The notes: generated by a model not told the origin, from the sequence alone. Shown: positions 18,137-27,139, counted from the first letter of the stretch. The stretch is 47,952 bases of DNA from Candidatus Omnitrophota bacterium (GCA_042577285.1 JBHPDM010000005.1:1-47952); one strand, 5' to 3'. Program-made: numbers and translations.

Positions 18137-19327
18137 ATGTTGAAAGAGAAAATATTGTTATCAGGCCAAATAAATAATGTGACCGAAATGCTGGAGGGCT
18201 ACCTAAAGGATGAAGCAGCGGTTTTAGGGTTAATCGGAATCTCCAATCCCTATACGACTCCCGGATCTGCCCGTGCGTCTTATTATGAAAAAGGAGCCTT
18301 AAAATCAAATAGAAGTATATTCAATATTTATTTCCGGCATAAAAAAGGCTATCCGCTTTATTTATTTATATTTGTATACATTGCCTATTTTTGTTCGATC
18401 GTAAGATCCGCCCTGCGCTTTAAAACAAAATTCGATATTTTTATAGGAGTTTCTACTTTTTCAGCTTTTTTAGGTATAATTTTGAAGAAGCTAGGCAGGG
18501 TCAGGAAGGTGGTTTACTACAGCATAGATTATTTTCCTTTAAACCATCGGAGTAAATTCGAAGATTTCATGGGAAGATCGTTTTTTTTACTAGACAGTTT
18601 TTGTGCAAAATACAGCGATATGACCTGGCATATTAACCCTGACATTGCTAAGGCCAGAGCAACATTCGCAAGACTAAAACCGGAGAAATATACCTCTATT
18701 AATGTTCCATTGGGCTTCGGAGAAGGTATGTTGAGCCCAAGCACTTTTTCAGAAATTGAGAAATTTACTTTAGTATTTGCCGGCGCCCTGCATCCGGAGC
18801 AAGGATTGCAGATGGTGATTAAGGCATTCCCGGAAATACTTGATCGGTTTCCACAGGCAAAACTTGTGATCATCGGAAGTGGTTTTTTTGCTCCGGAAGT
18901 AAAAAAGATGGTTGATCATTCGCTTGCCCGCAATAGAATTATACTAAAGGGGTTTATCAGCGATCTCAAAGAACTCTCTGGGATTTTGTCGCATTGCGCC
19001 GTAGGCCTTGCAACATGGGATATGAGCGCAGAAAACTGTATTAGATATGCCGATCCTAGTAAGCCTAAGCATTATGCTTTTTGCGGCCTGCCGGTTATCA
19101 TCACGCGGACTAATGCGATTGCCGATGAAATAGATGATTTAAGGGCTGGTATTGCTATTAATTATGATGAAAAGGAGTTTGTAGATGCGGTGAGCAGGCT
19201 TCTGGGAGACGAGAAACTTTTGCAGGATTACCGGGAGAACGCGCTTAAATTTGCGCATCGTTATATTTCCGCGAATATCTATAAAAAGGCATTAGAACAG
19301 ACATTTAAGAGGATAAATCAAATTTAA
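18137..19327 (+). CDS. Glycosyltransferase family 4-like (GT-B), paralog of 15276-16421
   Basis: YSIDYFP, FAGALHPEQG, IGSG, YADPSKPKHYAFCGLPVIIT. Confidence 0.82.
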   Translation: MLKEKILLSGQINNVTEMLEGYLKDEAAVLGLIGISNPYTTPGSARASYYEKGALKSNRSIFNIYFRHKKGYPLYLFIFVYIAYFCSIVRSALRFKTKFDIFIGVSTFSAFLGIILKKLGRVRKVVYYSIDYFPLNHRSKFEDFMGRSFFLLDSFCAKYSDMTWHINPDIAKARATFARLKPEKYTSINVPLGFGEGMLSPSTFSEIEKFTLVFAGALHPEQGLQMVIKAFPEILDRFPQAKLVIIGSGFFAPEVKKMVDHSLARNRIILKGFISDLKELSGILSHCAVGLATWDMSAENCIRYADPSKPKHYAFCGLPVIITRTNAIADEIDDLRAGIAINYDEKEFVDAVSRLLGDEKLLQDYRENALKFAHRYISANIYKKALEQTFKRINQI

Positions 19328-19385
19328 AAGCTGGCTCTCAAAGAGATCCTGTAATTTTTTAAACCAGGTTAGAACGGAGGGAAAA

Positions 19386-20414
19386 ATGAAGGTTTTAGTA
19401 ACCGGGGGATGTGGGTTTATCGGCTCGTGGGTTTGTGAATATTATGCAAAAAAAGGAAATCAGGTTATTTCTTACGATAATATGACCAAACATGAACTGA
19501 TGCGTACCGGTTATAGCGTCGAGGCCACAAGAAATTATAACTGGGATTATTTAAAGGGTCTGGGGGTAAAATTAATCATTGCAGATGTGCGTAATAGAGC
19601 AGAGCTTTTTGAATACGCTCAGGGATGCGATTTTATTGTGCATACTGCGGCGCAGCCTGCAATGACCATAGGAATAGAGAATCCCCAACTAGATTTTGAT
19701 ACTAATGTCAACGGAACGCTCAATGTCCTGGAAGCGGCAAGAAAATTTAAGTTGCCCGTTGTTTCTTGCGCCACGATCCATGTTTACGGAAATAAGATCA
19801 ATGATGAACTTAAGGCTGAAAAGGAGAGATTTTTAAGAAAACCTATCGCAATCGATGAGAAGTATCCCACTCTTACAGGAAGAATAACTCCTTTGCATGC
19901 GTCTAAAGCATCAGCAGATATTTACGTAAGGGCCTATATCGATACCTATAAATTAAAAGCTGCGAGCTTTAGGTTGACCGGCCTGTATGGCCCTAGGCAA
20001 TTCGGCGGTGAGGATCACGGTTGGGTAGCAAATTTTTGCATCAGAGCGATTATGGATCTACCCATAACTATATACGGGACAGGAAAGCAAGTGAGGGATA
20101 TTTTATATGCCCAAGATCTTATATCTGCTTTCGATGCCTTTTACCTTAATCAGAGACCAGGCATATATAATATCGGGGGAAGCAAGGGAAATATGATTTC
20201 CCTCCTTGAGTGCATCAGGGGAATTTCCGAAATTCTAAATAAAAAAATTAAAATTAAATTTGCTCCGGAAAGAATAGGAGACCTTAAATATTTTGTATGC
20301 GATATTAAAAAGGCTGAAGAGGATTTAAACTGGCGGCCTAAGATAAGGCCTAAGGAAGGCATATCGAGATTGATCGAATGGATAGAAGCCAACCGGCATC
20401 TGTTTAAGGGCTAG
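19386..20414 (+). CDS. CDP-paratose 2-epimerase (RfbE/Tyv)-like SDR, catalytic Tyr replaced (LHASK)
   Basis: TGGCGFIG, HTAAQPAM, YGPRQFGGEDHGWVA, GKQVRDILY; GGAGG SD. Confidence 0.8.
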   Translation: MKVLVTGGCGFIGSWVCEYYAKKGNQVISYDNMTKHELMRTGYSVEATRNYNWDYLKGLGVKLIIADVRNRAELFEYAQGCDFIVHTAAQPAMTIGIENPQLDFDTNVNGTLNVLEAARKFKLPVVSCATIHVYGNKINDELKAEKERFLRKPIAIDEKYPTLTGRITPLHASKASADIYVRAYIDTYKLKAASFRLTGLYGPRQFGGEDHGWVANFCIRAIMDLPITIYGTGKQVRDILYAQDLISAFDAFYLNQRPGIYNIGGSKGNMISLLECIRGISEILNKKIKIKFAPERIGDLKYFVCDIKKAEEDLNWRPKIRPKEGISRLIEWIEANRHLFKG

Positions 20415-20422
20415 ATAAAAAG

Positions 20423-21163
20423 ATGTATAACCAAATGAAAGTTCTTATTCTGGCTGCAGGCAGGGGAAAACGCTTAGAACGTACATCAGATAATCTTAAC
20501 AAATGTTTGATTAAAGTTAATGGAAAACCTTTGATAGAGTATAGCTTAGACTGCGTTAGTAAATTAAGCCAGATAGAGGAGATCGTTATTGTTGTTGGCT
20601 ACAGAGCGGAAGATATCAAGAGAAAATACAAAGATGAATATAATGGTAAGAGTATAGCGTATGTTTATCAGAAGGAACAGAGGGGTCTGGTTCATGCGAT
20701 GGGGTGTGCAAAGACCGCGATTGGCTCCAGCGATTTCATGTTGATGCTCGGGGATGAACTGATGCTAAAGCCTCACTATGAAGATTTTATCGAGCAATTT
20801 AGAAAAGAAGATTTGTTCGCTTTATGCGGAATTGTCCTGGTGAAGGATGCTAAGATCATAAAAAAGACTTATGCGGTAATTCAGTTGGAAGACGGAAGGA
20901 TAATCCGTGTTATAGAGAAGCCAAGCTATTTTTTTAATAATATGATGGGTACCGGCAATTGTATTTTTAAGAATAAAATATTTGAGTATATCCCATACGT
21001 TCCTATAAATCAAAAAAGGGGAGAGAAGGAATTTCCTGATTTAATCCAATATGCTGTTGATGAGGGACATATTGTCAAACCATTTATAATTTGCAAAAAC
21101 TATATAAATGTGAATTCTCGCGAAGAGTTAAAAGAAGGAATAAGTTCTTTTTCGCATCTATAA
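20423..21163 (+). CDS. Sugar-phosphate nucleotidyltransferase (NTP_transferase family)
   Basis: ILAAGRGKRL, KCLIKVNGKPLI, QKEQRGLVHA, LGD, EKP, RGEKEFPD. Confidence 0.88.
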   Translation: MYNQMKVLILAAGRGKRLERTSDNLNKCLIKVNGKPLIEYSLDCVSKLSQIEEIVIVVGYRAEDIKRKYKDEYNGKSIAYVYQKEQRGLVHAMGCAKTAIGSSDFMLMLGDELMLKPHYEDFIEQFRKEDLFALCGIVLVKDAKIIKKTYAVIQLEDGRIIRVIEKPSYFFNNMMGTGNCIFKNKIFEYIPYVPINQKRGEKEFPDLIQYAVDEGHIVKPFIICKNYINVNSREELKEGISSFSHL

Positions 21164-21192
21164 AATAATCAATCTTTTCGGTAGAGGGTATT

Positions 21193-23025
21193 ATGCTGGT
21201 TAATCGGGATAACTTAGTGTTTAAACGCGCGAAATTAATTGTTCTTCTCTTGTTTATTTTTCTCACAGCAGCAATGACCTATCCGTTGATCTTTAGGTCT
21301 AATTCCCATATCCCCGGTTTTTTTAGCACAGATGAACCTTATGCGATGCTTTGGGATCATTGGAGGATAAAGAATTCCATTGCCAATAACTCAGCTTTGG
21401 ATTTTACTGATTTTATTGCTTATCCGTATGGAGTCGAATTGAGTTCTGCTGAAACAGGATCAGTCAATAACTTATGGAAATTGGTTAACTTTTCTCTTGC
21501 GGCCGTTTTCAATCCGCCGCTAGGATATAATCTCCAGGTATTAATAAATATGTTGCTTTGCGGATTCTTAACTTATTTATTGGTATATTTTTTGACTCAA
21601 AGCAACCTCTGTGGAGTGATATCCGGGATTGCTTTTGCTTTTTGCCCTTATCAATTTGTAAGGAGCTGGCAGCATTTAGGATCGACCTATAACCAATGGC
21701 TTGCTCTTACCATGCTTTCATTATTTTTGTTGAAGAATAAGGACCTAAAATCTAAAGCCCTATTTCTCATAAGTATAATCGTGCTCTTCTCTTTTGACTA
21801 TTATCTGGCACTTTTTACCTTGATTGCTTTAGGCGTTTTTTTAGTTTACCTTTTAATTTATAATTGCAGAGAAAAGACTAAACGCGAAAACAGATATTTA
21901 ATAAAAGAAGATCTTGCTTATTTCAAGCGGATTTTTCTTATCCTGTTAATAGCTTTTATTATACTTTTGCCGCAGCATTATCCTTTGATTAAACAGTGGA
22001 TAGTATCGCCTCGGGGGGATCCCGGCGCTTTTAATCCTTATTATCGTCCGTTTGAAGATTTATTTTCTCAGTCCGCAAGGCCGTTAAGTTATTTCTTGCC
22101 GGCATCGGTGCATCCGGTATTCGGTAAGTTCACCGAATTTTTTGTCGGCTCGTTTCTCTACGGAGATAGTTTTACTGAGCATTCGCTTTATTTAGGATGG
22201 ACGGTGTTGATCCTCGCGTTTGTTGCGTTTCGCAAGCGGAAGAAATCTAAAAAATATCATTTTTATATCGGTTTCTTTTTATGGTTGGCAATTGCTTCAT
22301 GGTTATTTTCGCAGCCCCCTTGGTGGAAAATTGGGCCGATAAAAATATTTATGCCTTCCTTCTTTCTCTATAAAGTAATTCCGACCTTCAGGGCTTATTG
22401 CCGTTTCGGAATCGTCCTGATGTTGGCGGTAGCAGTTCTGGCCGGTTTTGGGCTAAAGTTTATCTTGGGAAAATTTAAGACAAAGAGATCCAGGTTCGCA
22501 ATAACTGCATTATTCTGCGGTTTGGTATTATTTGAATTCTGGAATTACCCTCCATTTAAAGTTATAGATGTTTCAAAAACGCCTGAGGTTTACCGCTGGC
22601 TTAAGCAGCTTCCGCAGGATATTGTAATCGCCGAATATCCCCTAGATGCCGATTCGCCGAATGAGGTGTATAAGTTCTATCAGACCGAGCATGAGAAGAA
22701 AATGATTAATGGTACGATTCCGGGAACGCATGCTAACAAAATTTCTCAAACCATCACTAAGCTATCCGATCCCGATACAGGGGGAATACTAAAGTCGATC
22801 GGCGTTAAGTACGTAGTCGTGCATAGGAATGATTACCTAGAATCAGGATTAGTAGACGATAAAAATGAACTGACCAAGATCTCTTTAAATCCGGGACTTA
22901 AGTTAGTGAAGAGTTTTTCAGCGCAACAATGCCAGCGTAAGGATATAGCTTGCACAGAGGAGACAGGCCAGATCGATGTCTATGAAGTGGTCGCGGCATC
23001 AAAAAATCCGGAGGCGATAAGATAA
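21193..23025 (+). CDS. Polytopic membrane protein, GT-C/YfhO-like putative glycosyltransferase
   Basis: Many TM segments; TDE after TM1, AYPYG, AFAFCPY, LYLGW, FRAYCRF, periplasmic C-terminal domain with GVKYVVVH. Confidence 0.7.
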   Translation: MLVNRDNLVFKRAKLIVLLLFIFLTAAMTYPLIFRSNSHIPGFFSTDEPYAMLWDHWRIKNSIANNSALDFTDFIAYPYGVELSSAETGSVNNLWKLVNFSLAAVFNPPLGYNLQVLINMLLCGFLTYLLVYFLTQSNLCGVISGIAFAFCPYQFVRSWQHLGSTYNQWLALTMLSLFLLKNKDLKSKALFLISIIVLFSFDYYLALFTLIALGVFLVYLLIYNCREKTKRENRYLIKEDLAYFKRIFLILLIAFIILLPQHYPLIKQWIVSPRGDPGAFNPYYRPFEDLFSQSARPLSYFLPASVHPVFGKFTEFFVGSFLYGDSFTEHSLYLGWTVLILAFVAFRKRKKSKKYHFYIGFFLWLAIASWLFSQPPWWKIGPIKIFMPSFFLYKVIPTFRAYCRFGIVLMLAVAVLAGFGLKFILGKFKTKRSRFAITALFCGLVLFEFWNYPPFKVIDVSKTPEVYRWLKQLPQDIVIAEYPLDADSPNEVYKFYQTEHEKKMINGTIPGTHANKISQTITKLSDPDTGGILKSIGVKYVVVHRNDYLESGLVDDKNELTKISLNPGLKLVKSFSAQQCQRKDIACTEETGQIDVYEVVAASKNPEAIR

Positions 23026-23026
23026 G

Positions 23027-23749
23027 ATGGAGAAAAAAACTTTTCCGGTAGTGATATTGTGCGGGGGTAAGGGTACCCGCATGGGGCCAGAGAGTATCCC
23101 TAAACCGATGTTTAAGATCGGGGGAAGGCCGATATTGTGGCATATCATGAAGTATTACGAGGGGTTTGGATTCCGTGATTTTATCATTCTCTTGGGCTAC
23201 AAAAAAGAGAAGATCATCAGGTACTTTGATCGGCACAAGGCCTGGAATATCCGTTTTGTCGATACCGGACTTAATACAAATACAGGAGGTAGGATCAAGA
23301 GGATAGAGTATTTGATCAAGTCTGAGAATTTCTTTGTCACCTACGGTGACGGACTTTCAGATGTAGATCCAAAGAAGTTACTCAAGTTTCATCTGCGCAG
23401 TAAGAAGGTTGTCACCTTGACCTGTGTGCGGCCCTATTCGCCGTTCGGTATCCTGGATATCGATTTGCGCACGCAGAGAGTCTTAAGTTTCAAGGAGAAG
23501 CCGGTTTTAGACCACTGGGTAAACGGCGGATTCTTTGTTTTTAACCGCAGAGCATTTCGCTATATCAAAAGAAACGATATCCTGGAGCAGGGAAGTTTCT
23601 CCAGGATAATAAAGGCCAGGGAATTAGCAGCTTACCGCCATCGGGGTTTTTGGGAGTGTATGGATACCTACAAAGATAACCTGCGCCTAAACCAACTATG
23701 GGATTCAGGGAGAGCGCCCTGGGCGATCTGGAGGAGAAGGGATAAATGA
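23027..23749 (+). CDS. rfbF: Glucose-1-phosphate cytidylyltransferase
   Basis: ILCGGKGTRM, PKPM..IGGRPILWHIMKYY, VDTGLNTNTGGRIKR, TYGDGLSD, NGGFFV, GFWECMDT. Confidence 0.92.
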   Translation: MEKKTFPVVILCGGKGTRMGPESIPKPMFKIGGRPILWHIMKYYEGFGFRDFIILLGYKKEKIIRYFDRHKAWNIRFVDTGLNTNTGGRIKRIEYLIKSENFFVTYGDGLSDVDPKKLLKFHLRSKKVVTLTCVRPYSPFGILDIDLRTQRVLSFKEKPVLDHWVNGGFFVFNRRAFRYIKRNDILEQGSFSRIIKARELAAYRHRGFWECMDTYKDNLRLNQLWDSGRAPWAIWRRRDK

Positions 23750-24744
23750 AGAATAAATTCTGGAGAAATAAGTCGGTGGTGATCACCGGCGCCAATGGTT
23801 TTCTGGCATCTCATCTGACTCTTGCATTATTGAATCAGGGGACAAGGGTCACAGGGATAATCAAGGAGAGACTCCCAGCCTCCTTCCTGGAGCGCGAGCT
23901 TAAAGAGAGAAAATTCAAACATTTACGTTTGATCAAAGGGGATATCGCGGATGATTCTTTCGTCAAGAGGGCGTTCTTGATCTCTAAACCTGATTTCTGT
24001 TTTCATCTTGCAGCACAGGCGATAGTAGGGCGAGCCAATAAGTCACCCATTTCTACCTTTGAGACTAACATCACCGGCACATGGAATATATTAGAGGCGA
24101 TCAGGCGGTTTTGCCCCAAGACGAAGATCGTCGTCGCTTCAAGCGATAAGGCCTACGGAGAGCACAAAAAGCTTCCCTATAAGGAGAACGCCGCACTTTT
24201 GGCCTTACACCCTTATGATGCCTCTAAGGCCTGCACCGATATTCTGACCAGGACTTACGCGCATACTTATAATCTTGCTGCCGCAGTTACACGCTGCGCC
24301 AATATATACGGTCCGGGGGATCTTAATTTCTCAAGGATAATACCGGATACTATAAAGTCTGCAGTTTTTAACCGAAACCCGGTTATCCGCAGCGACGGCA
24401 CTCCGCTGAGGGATTACATTTATATCGAAGATGTCCTGCGTGCCTATCTTCGCCTGGGAAAAGCCTTAAATTCTAAAGCTAGGAGTGTAAGCGGCGAGGC
24501 CTTTAATTTCGGAAGCGGCAGCCCGGTCAGCGTTATCAAGTTAGTAGGTCTGATCCTTAAGCTCAGCCGGAAGAAGAGACTTAAACCCGTGATCCTGAGC
24601 AGGCGCAAGATCAAGGGGGAGATCGACAGGCAGTACCTCTCAAGCAGAAAAGCGCAGAGGATATTAGGCTGGAGATGCCGCTACAGTTTAACCCGGGGGC
24701 TGAAGAGGACCCTTGTCTGGTATAGGAGTTACTTAGAAAAGTGA
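23746..24744 (+). CDS. rfbG: CDP-glucose 4,6-dehydratase-like SDR
   Basis: HLAAQAIV, ASSDKAYG, PYDASK, NIYGPGDLNFSRIIP; directly follows rfbF. Confidence 0.75.
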   Translation: MKNKFWRNKSVVITGANGFLASHLTLALLNQGTRVTGIIKERLPASFLERELKERKFKHLRLIKGDIADDSFVKRAFLISKPDFCFHLAAQAIVGRANKSPISTFETNITGTWNILEAIRRFCPKTKIVVASSDKAYGEHKKLPYKENAALLALHPYDASKACTDILTRTYAHTYNLAAAVTRCANIYGPGDLNFSRIIPDTIKSAVFNRNPVIRSDGTPLRDYIYIEDVLRAYLRLGKALNSKARSVSGEAFNFGSGSPVSVIKLVGLILKLSRKKRLKPVILSRRKIKGEIDRQYLSSRKAQRILGWRCRYSLTRGLKRTLVWYRSYLEK

Positions 24745-26558
24745 ATATCTTAGGGATATCCTGCTTTTATCATGATAGCGCGGCCTGCCTGGTAAGAGAC
24801 GGCGCAATACTTGCCGCTGTCCAGGAGGAGAGGTTCACGCGCAGGAAGCATGATTTCAGCTTTCCGGTAAATTCCATAAACTGGTGCCTTAAGGAGGCAA
24901 GGATTAAGGTCGCAGACCTGGACTACGTGGTATTCTACGATAAACCGTTTATTAAATTCGAGAGGATCTTAGAGACTGCGCTTGCCTATGCACCCACAGG
25001 CATCCGGCAGTTCATACAGGCGATGCCACTCTGGCTGAAACAAAAGCTCTGGATCCCGGATCTGATCAGTAGGGAATTAGATTATAAGGGTAAGGTCCTA
25101 TTTAGCGGCCACCACGAGTCACATGCAGCCAGCGCATTTTATCCTTCTCCATTTAAAGAGGCAGCTTTTCTTACCATAGATGGCGTAGGGGAGTGGGATA
25201 CGGCGAGCTTCGGGACAGGCAAAGATAACGAGATAAAGATCCTTCATAATCTAAGATTTCCTCATTCACTGGGACTTTTGTACTCTACCTTTACTTATTA
25301 TGCGGGTTTCCGGGTAAATTCCGGCGAATATAAACTGATGGGGCTGGCGCCTTATGGCGAAGCAAAATACACAGCTCTGATTTTGGATAAATTGATCGAC
25401 TTAAAAGATGACGGTTCCTTCAAGATGGATATGCGCTATTTCGGTTTTGGGAACGGCCTAAAAATGACCAATAAGCGCTTTGAGAGATTATTCGGCGGCC
25501 CTGCGCGCAGACCTGAGAGTAAGATCACAGAGAAGGATATGGATATTGCTGCCTCGATCCAGAATGTGACCGAAGAGATCATGCTGCGGATGAGCAGGCA
25601 CGTACACAGGGTGACAGGTAAAGATAAACTCTGCCTTGCCGGAGGCGTATCCTTAAATTGCGTTGGTAACGGCAGGATCCTGCGTAAAGGCCCCTTTAAG
25701 GAGATCTGGATCCAGCCGGCCAGCGGAGATGCCGGTGGGGCATTAGGGGCAGCGCTTTTGGTCTGGTACAGATATCTGGGTAATAATCGTACTGCCGGCG
25801 GCAAGAGTGATTTGCAGAAAGCTTCTTTGCTCGGCCCTGCTTACAACGACCAAGAGGTCAGGGATTTTCTGATCAAAGAAGGTTTGCCTTTTAAGGAGTT
25901 ATCTGATTCAGATATACCTGAGGTGATCTCTGATCTGATCATCAAGGGCAATGTGGTCGGATGGTTCCAGGGGCGTTTAGAGTTCGGCCCCAGGGCATTA
26001 GGTTCAAGGAGTATTATCGGCGATGCCCGCAGCCAAGAGATGCAGTCAAAGATGAACTTAAAGATAAAATACCGCGAATCCTTTAGGCCATTTGCACCTT
26101 CAGTTTTAGAGGAGGAGACTGGGAATTGGTTTGACCTGGAGAGGAAAAGTCCCTATATGCTTTTAGTGGCTCCGCTAAAAAAGAAGCACCGGTTAAATTT
26201 AAAGAGTGAAGAGGCCCAGAAGCAGGGGTTTGATAAATTGAAGGTCCAGCGTTCGGTGATTCCCGCGGTTACGCACGTCGACTATTCCGCCCGCATCCAG
26301 AGCGTAAACAGGCAAGACAATCCGCTTTATTATGAGATGATCAGTGCATTTAATAGAAAGACCGGGTGTCCGGTGATCATCAATACTTCGTTTAATGTAA
26401 GGGGGGAGCCGTTAGTATGTACTCCGGATGATGCCTTCAAATGCTTTATGCGTACAGAGATGGATCATTTGATCATCGGGAGATTCCTCTTGGATAAAAA
26501 AGATCAGGAAGAGGTTAAAAAGGACAAACGCTGGCAGGAGGTTTTTGAGTTAGATTAG
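24741..26558 (+). CDS. O-carbamoyltransferase (NodU/CmcH/TobZ family, SxtI-like)
   Basis: GTG start; YHDSAA, QEERFTR, HHESHAASAF, DGVGE, GEYKLMGLAPYG, AGGVSLN, GDAGGALG, EFGPRALG, RESFRPFAP, HVDYSARIQ, NTSFN. Confidence 0.95.
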   Translation: MNILGISCFYHDSAACLVRDGAILAAVQEERFTRRKHDFSFPVNSINWCLKEARIKVADLDYVVFYDKPFIKFERILETALAYAPTGIRQFIQAMPLWLKQKLWIPDLISRELDYKGKVLFSGHHESHAASAFYPSPFKEAAFLTIDGVGEWDTASFGTGKDNEIKILHNLRFPHSLGLLYSTFTYYAGFRVNSGEYKLMGLAPYGEAKYTALILDKLIDLKDDGSFKMDMRYFGFGNGLKMTNKRFERLFGGPARRPESKITEKDMDIAASIQNVTEEIMLRMSRHVHRVTGKDKLCLAGGVSLNCVGNGRILRKGPFKEIWIQPASGDAGGALGAALLVWYRYLGNNRTAGGKSDLQKASLLGPAYNDQEVRDFLIKEGLPFKELSDSDIPEVISDLIIKGNVVGWFQGRLEFGPRALGSRSIIGDARSQEMQSKMNLKIKYRESFRPFAPSVLEEETGNWFDLERKSPYMLLVAPLKKKHRLNLKSEEAQKQGFDKLKVQRSVIPAVTHVDYSARIQSVNRQDNPLYYEMISAFNRKTGCPVIINTSFNVRGEPLVCTPDDAFKCFMRTEMDHLIIGRFLLDKKDQEEVKKDKRWQEVFELD

Positions 26559-26582
26559 GGGTAAATCAAGAGAGCGTGCTTT

Positions 26583-26978
26583 ATGATTAAAGAAGGTAAG
26601 AATACCTTAGAGAGATTTGCATTGGTTTTGTTTATCGGGTTTTCTCTTTTTGGCCTTATCTTGTTTTTAAGGGGGAAGACAGTTTTCTATATCCCCTGGC
26701 TGATGGCTATTGTTGTTATCTTGGCCGGTTTCCTTTGCCCGCTGCGCCTAAATCATCTCTATAAGTTCTGGATGCAGATTGCATCCAGGATCGGCTGGTT
26801 AAACACCCGGCTGATATTGTTTATGATCTATTATTTAATGTTTACTCCCGTCGGCCTGATGATGAGGATATTTGGAATGGATTTTTTGGATACGAAGATC
26901 GATAGGAGTAAAGCTTCGTATTGGAGGAAGAGCGAGGAGAAAGAGTTCCGGAAGCAAAACTACGAAAGGCAGTTTTAA
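26583..26978 (+). CDS. SxtJ-family membrane protein
   Basis: W...IGWLNTRLIL...YY..FTPVGL, SYW, C-terminal YERQF; canonical position after carbamoyltransferase. Confidence 0.85.
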   Translation: MIKEGKNTLERFALVLFIGFSLFGLILFLRGKTVFYIPWLMAIVVILAGFLCPLRLNHLYKFWMQIASRIGWLNTRLILFMIYYLMFTPVGLMMRIFGMDFLDTKIDRSKASYWRKSEEKEFRKQNYERQF

Positions 26979-26980
26979 AT

Positions 26981-27139
26981 ATGAGCAAATTATCGATCAT
27001 AGGAGAGTTTTGGCAGTTTTTATGTGAACGAAAGAAATGGTGGTTAGCCCCGATAGTGGCAGTACTTTTATTGCTGGGCCTATTGTTGATTTTCACTCAG
27101 TCCTCGGCGGTAGCACCATTTATCTACACCTTATTTTAA
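26981..27139 (+). CDS. SxtK/DUF5989-family small single-TM protein (52 aa)
   Basis: MSKLSIIGEFWQFLCERKKWWLAPIVAVLLLLGLLLIFTQSSAVAPFIYTLF; signature RKKWWLAP...APFIYTLF; start at ATG 26981 rather than the track's 26921. Confidence 0.9.
   Translation: MSKLSIIGEFWQFLCERKKWWLAPIVAVLLLLGLLLIFTQSSAVAPFIYTLF

Noticed and set aside
15276-23025. Prophage, IS or integrative element explaining the AT-rich block
   Set aside because: No integrase, transposase, terminal inverted repeats or att-like repeats were seen.
24741-27139. Saxitoxin biosynthesis (sxtI/J/K homologs)
   Set aside because: No sxtA, sxtG, sxtB or other core genes; the context is envelope glycan synthesis.
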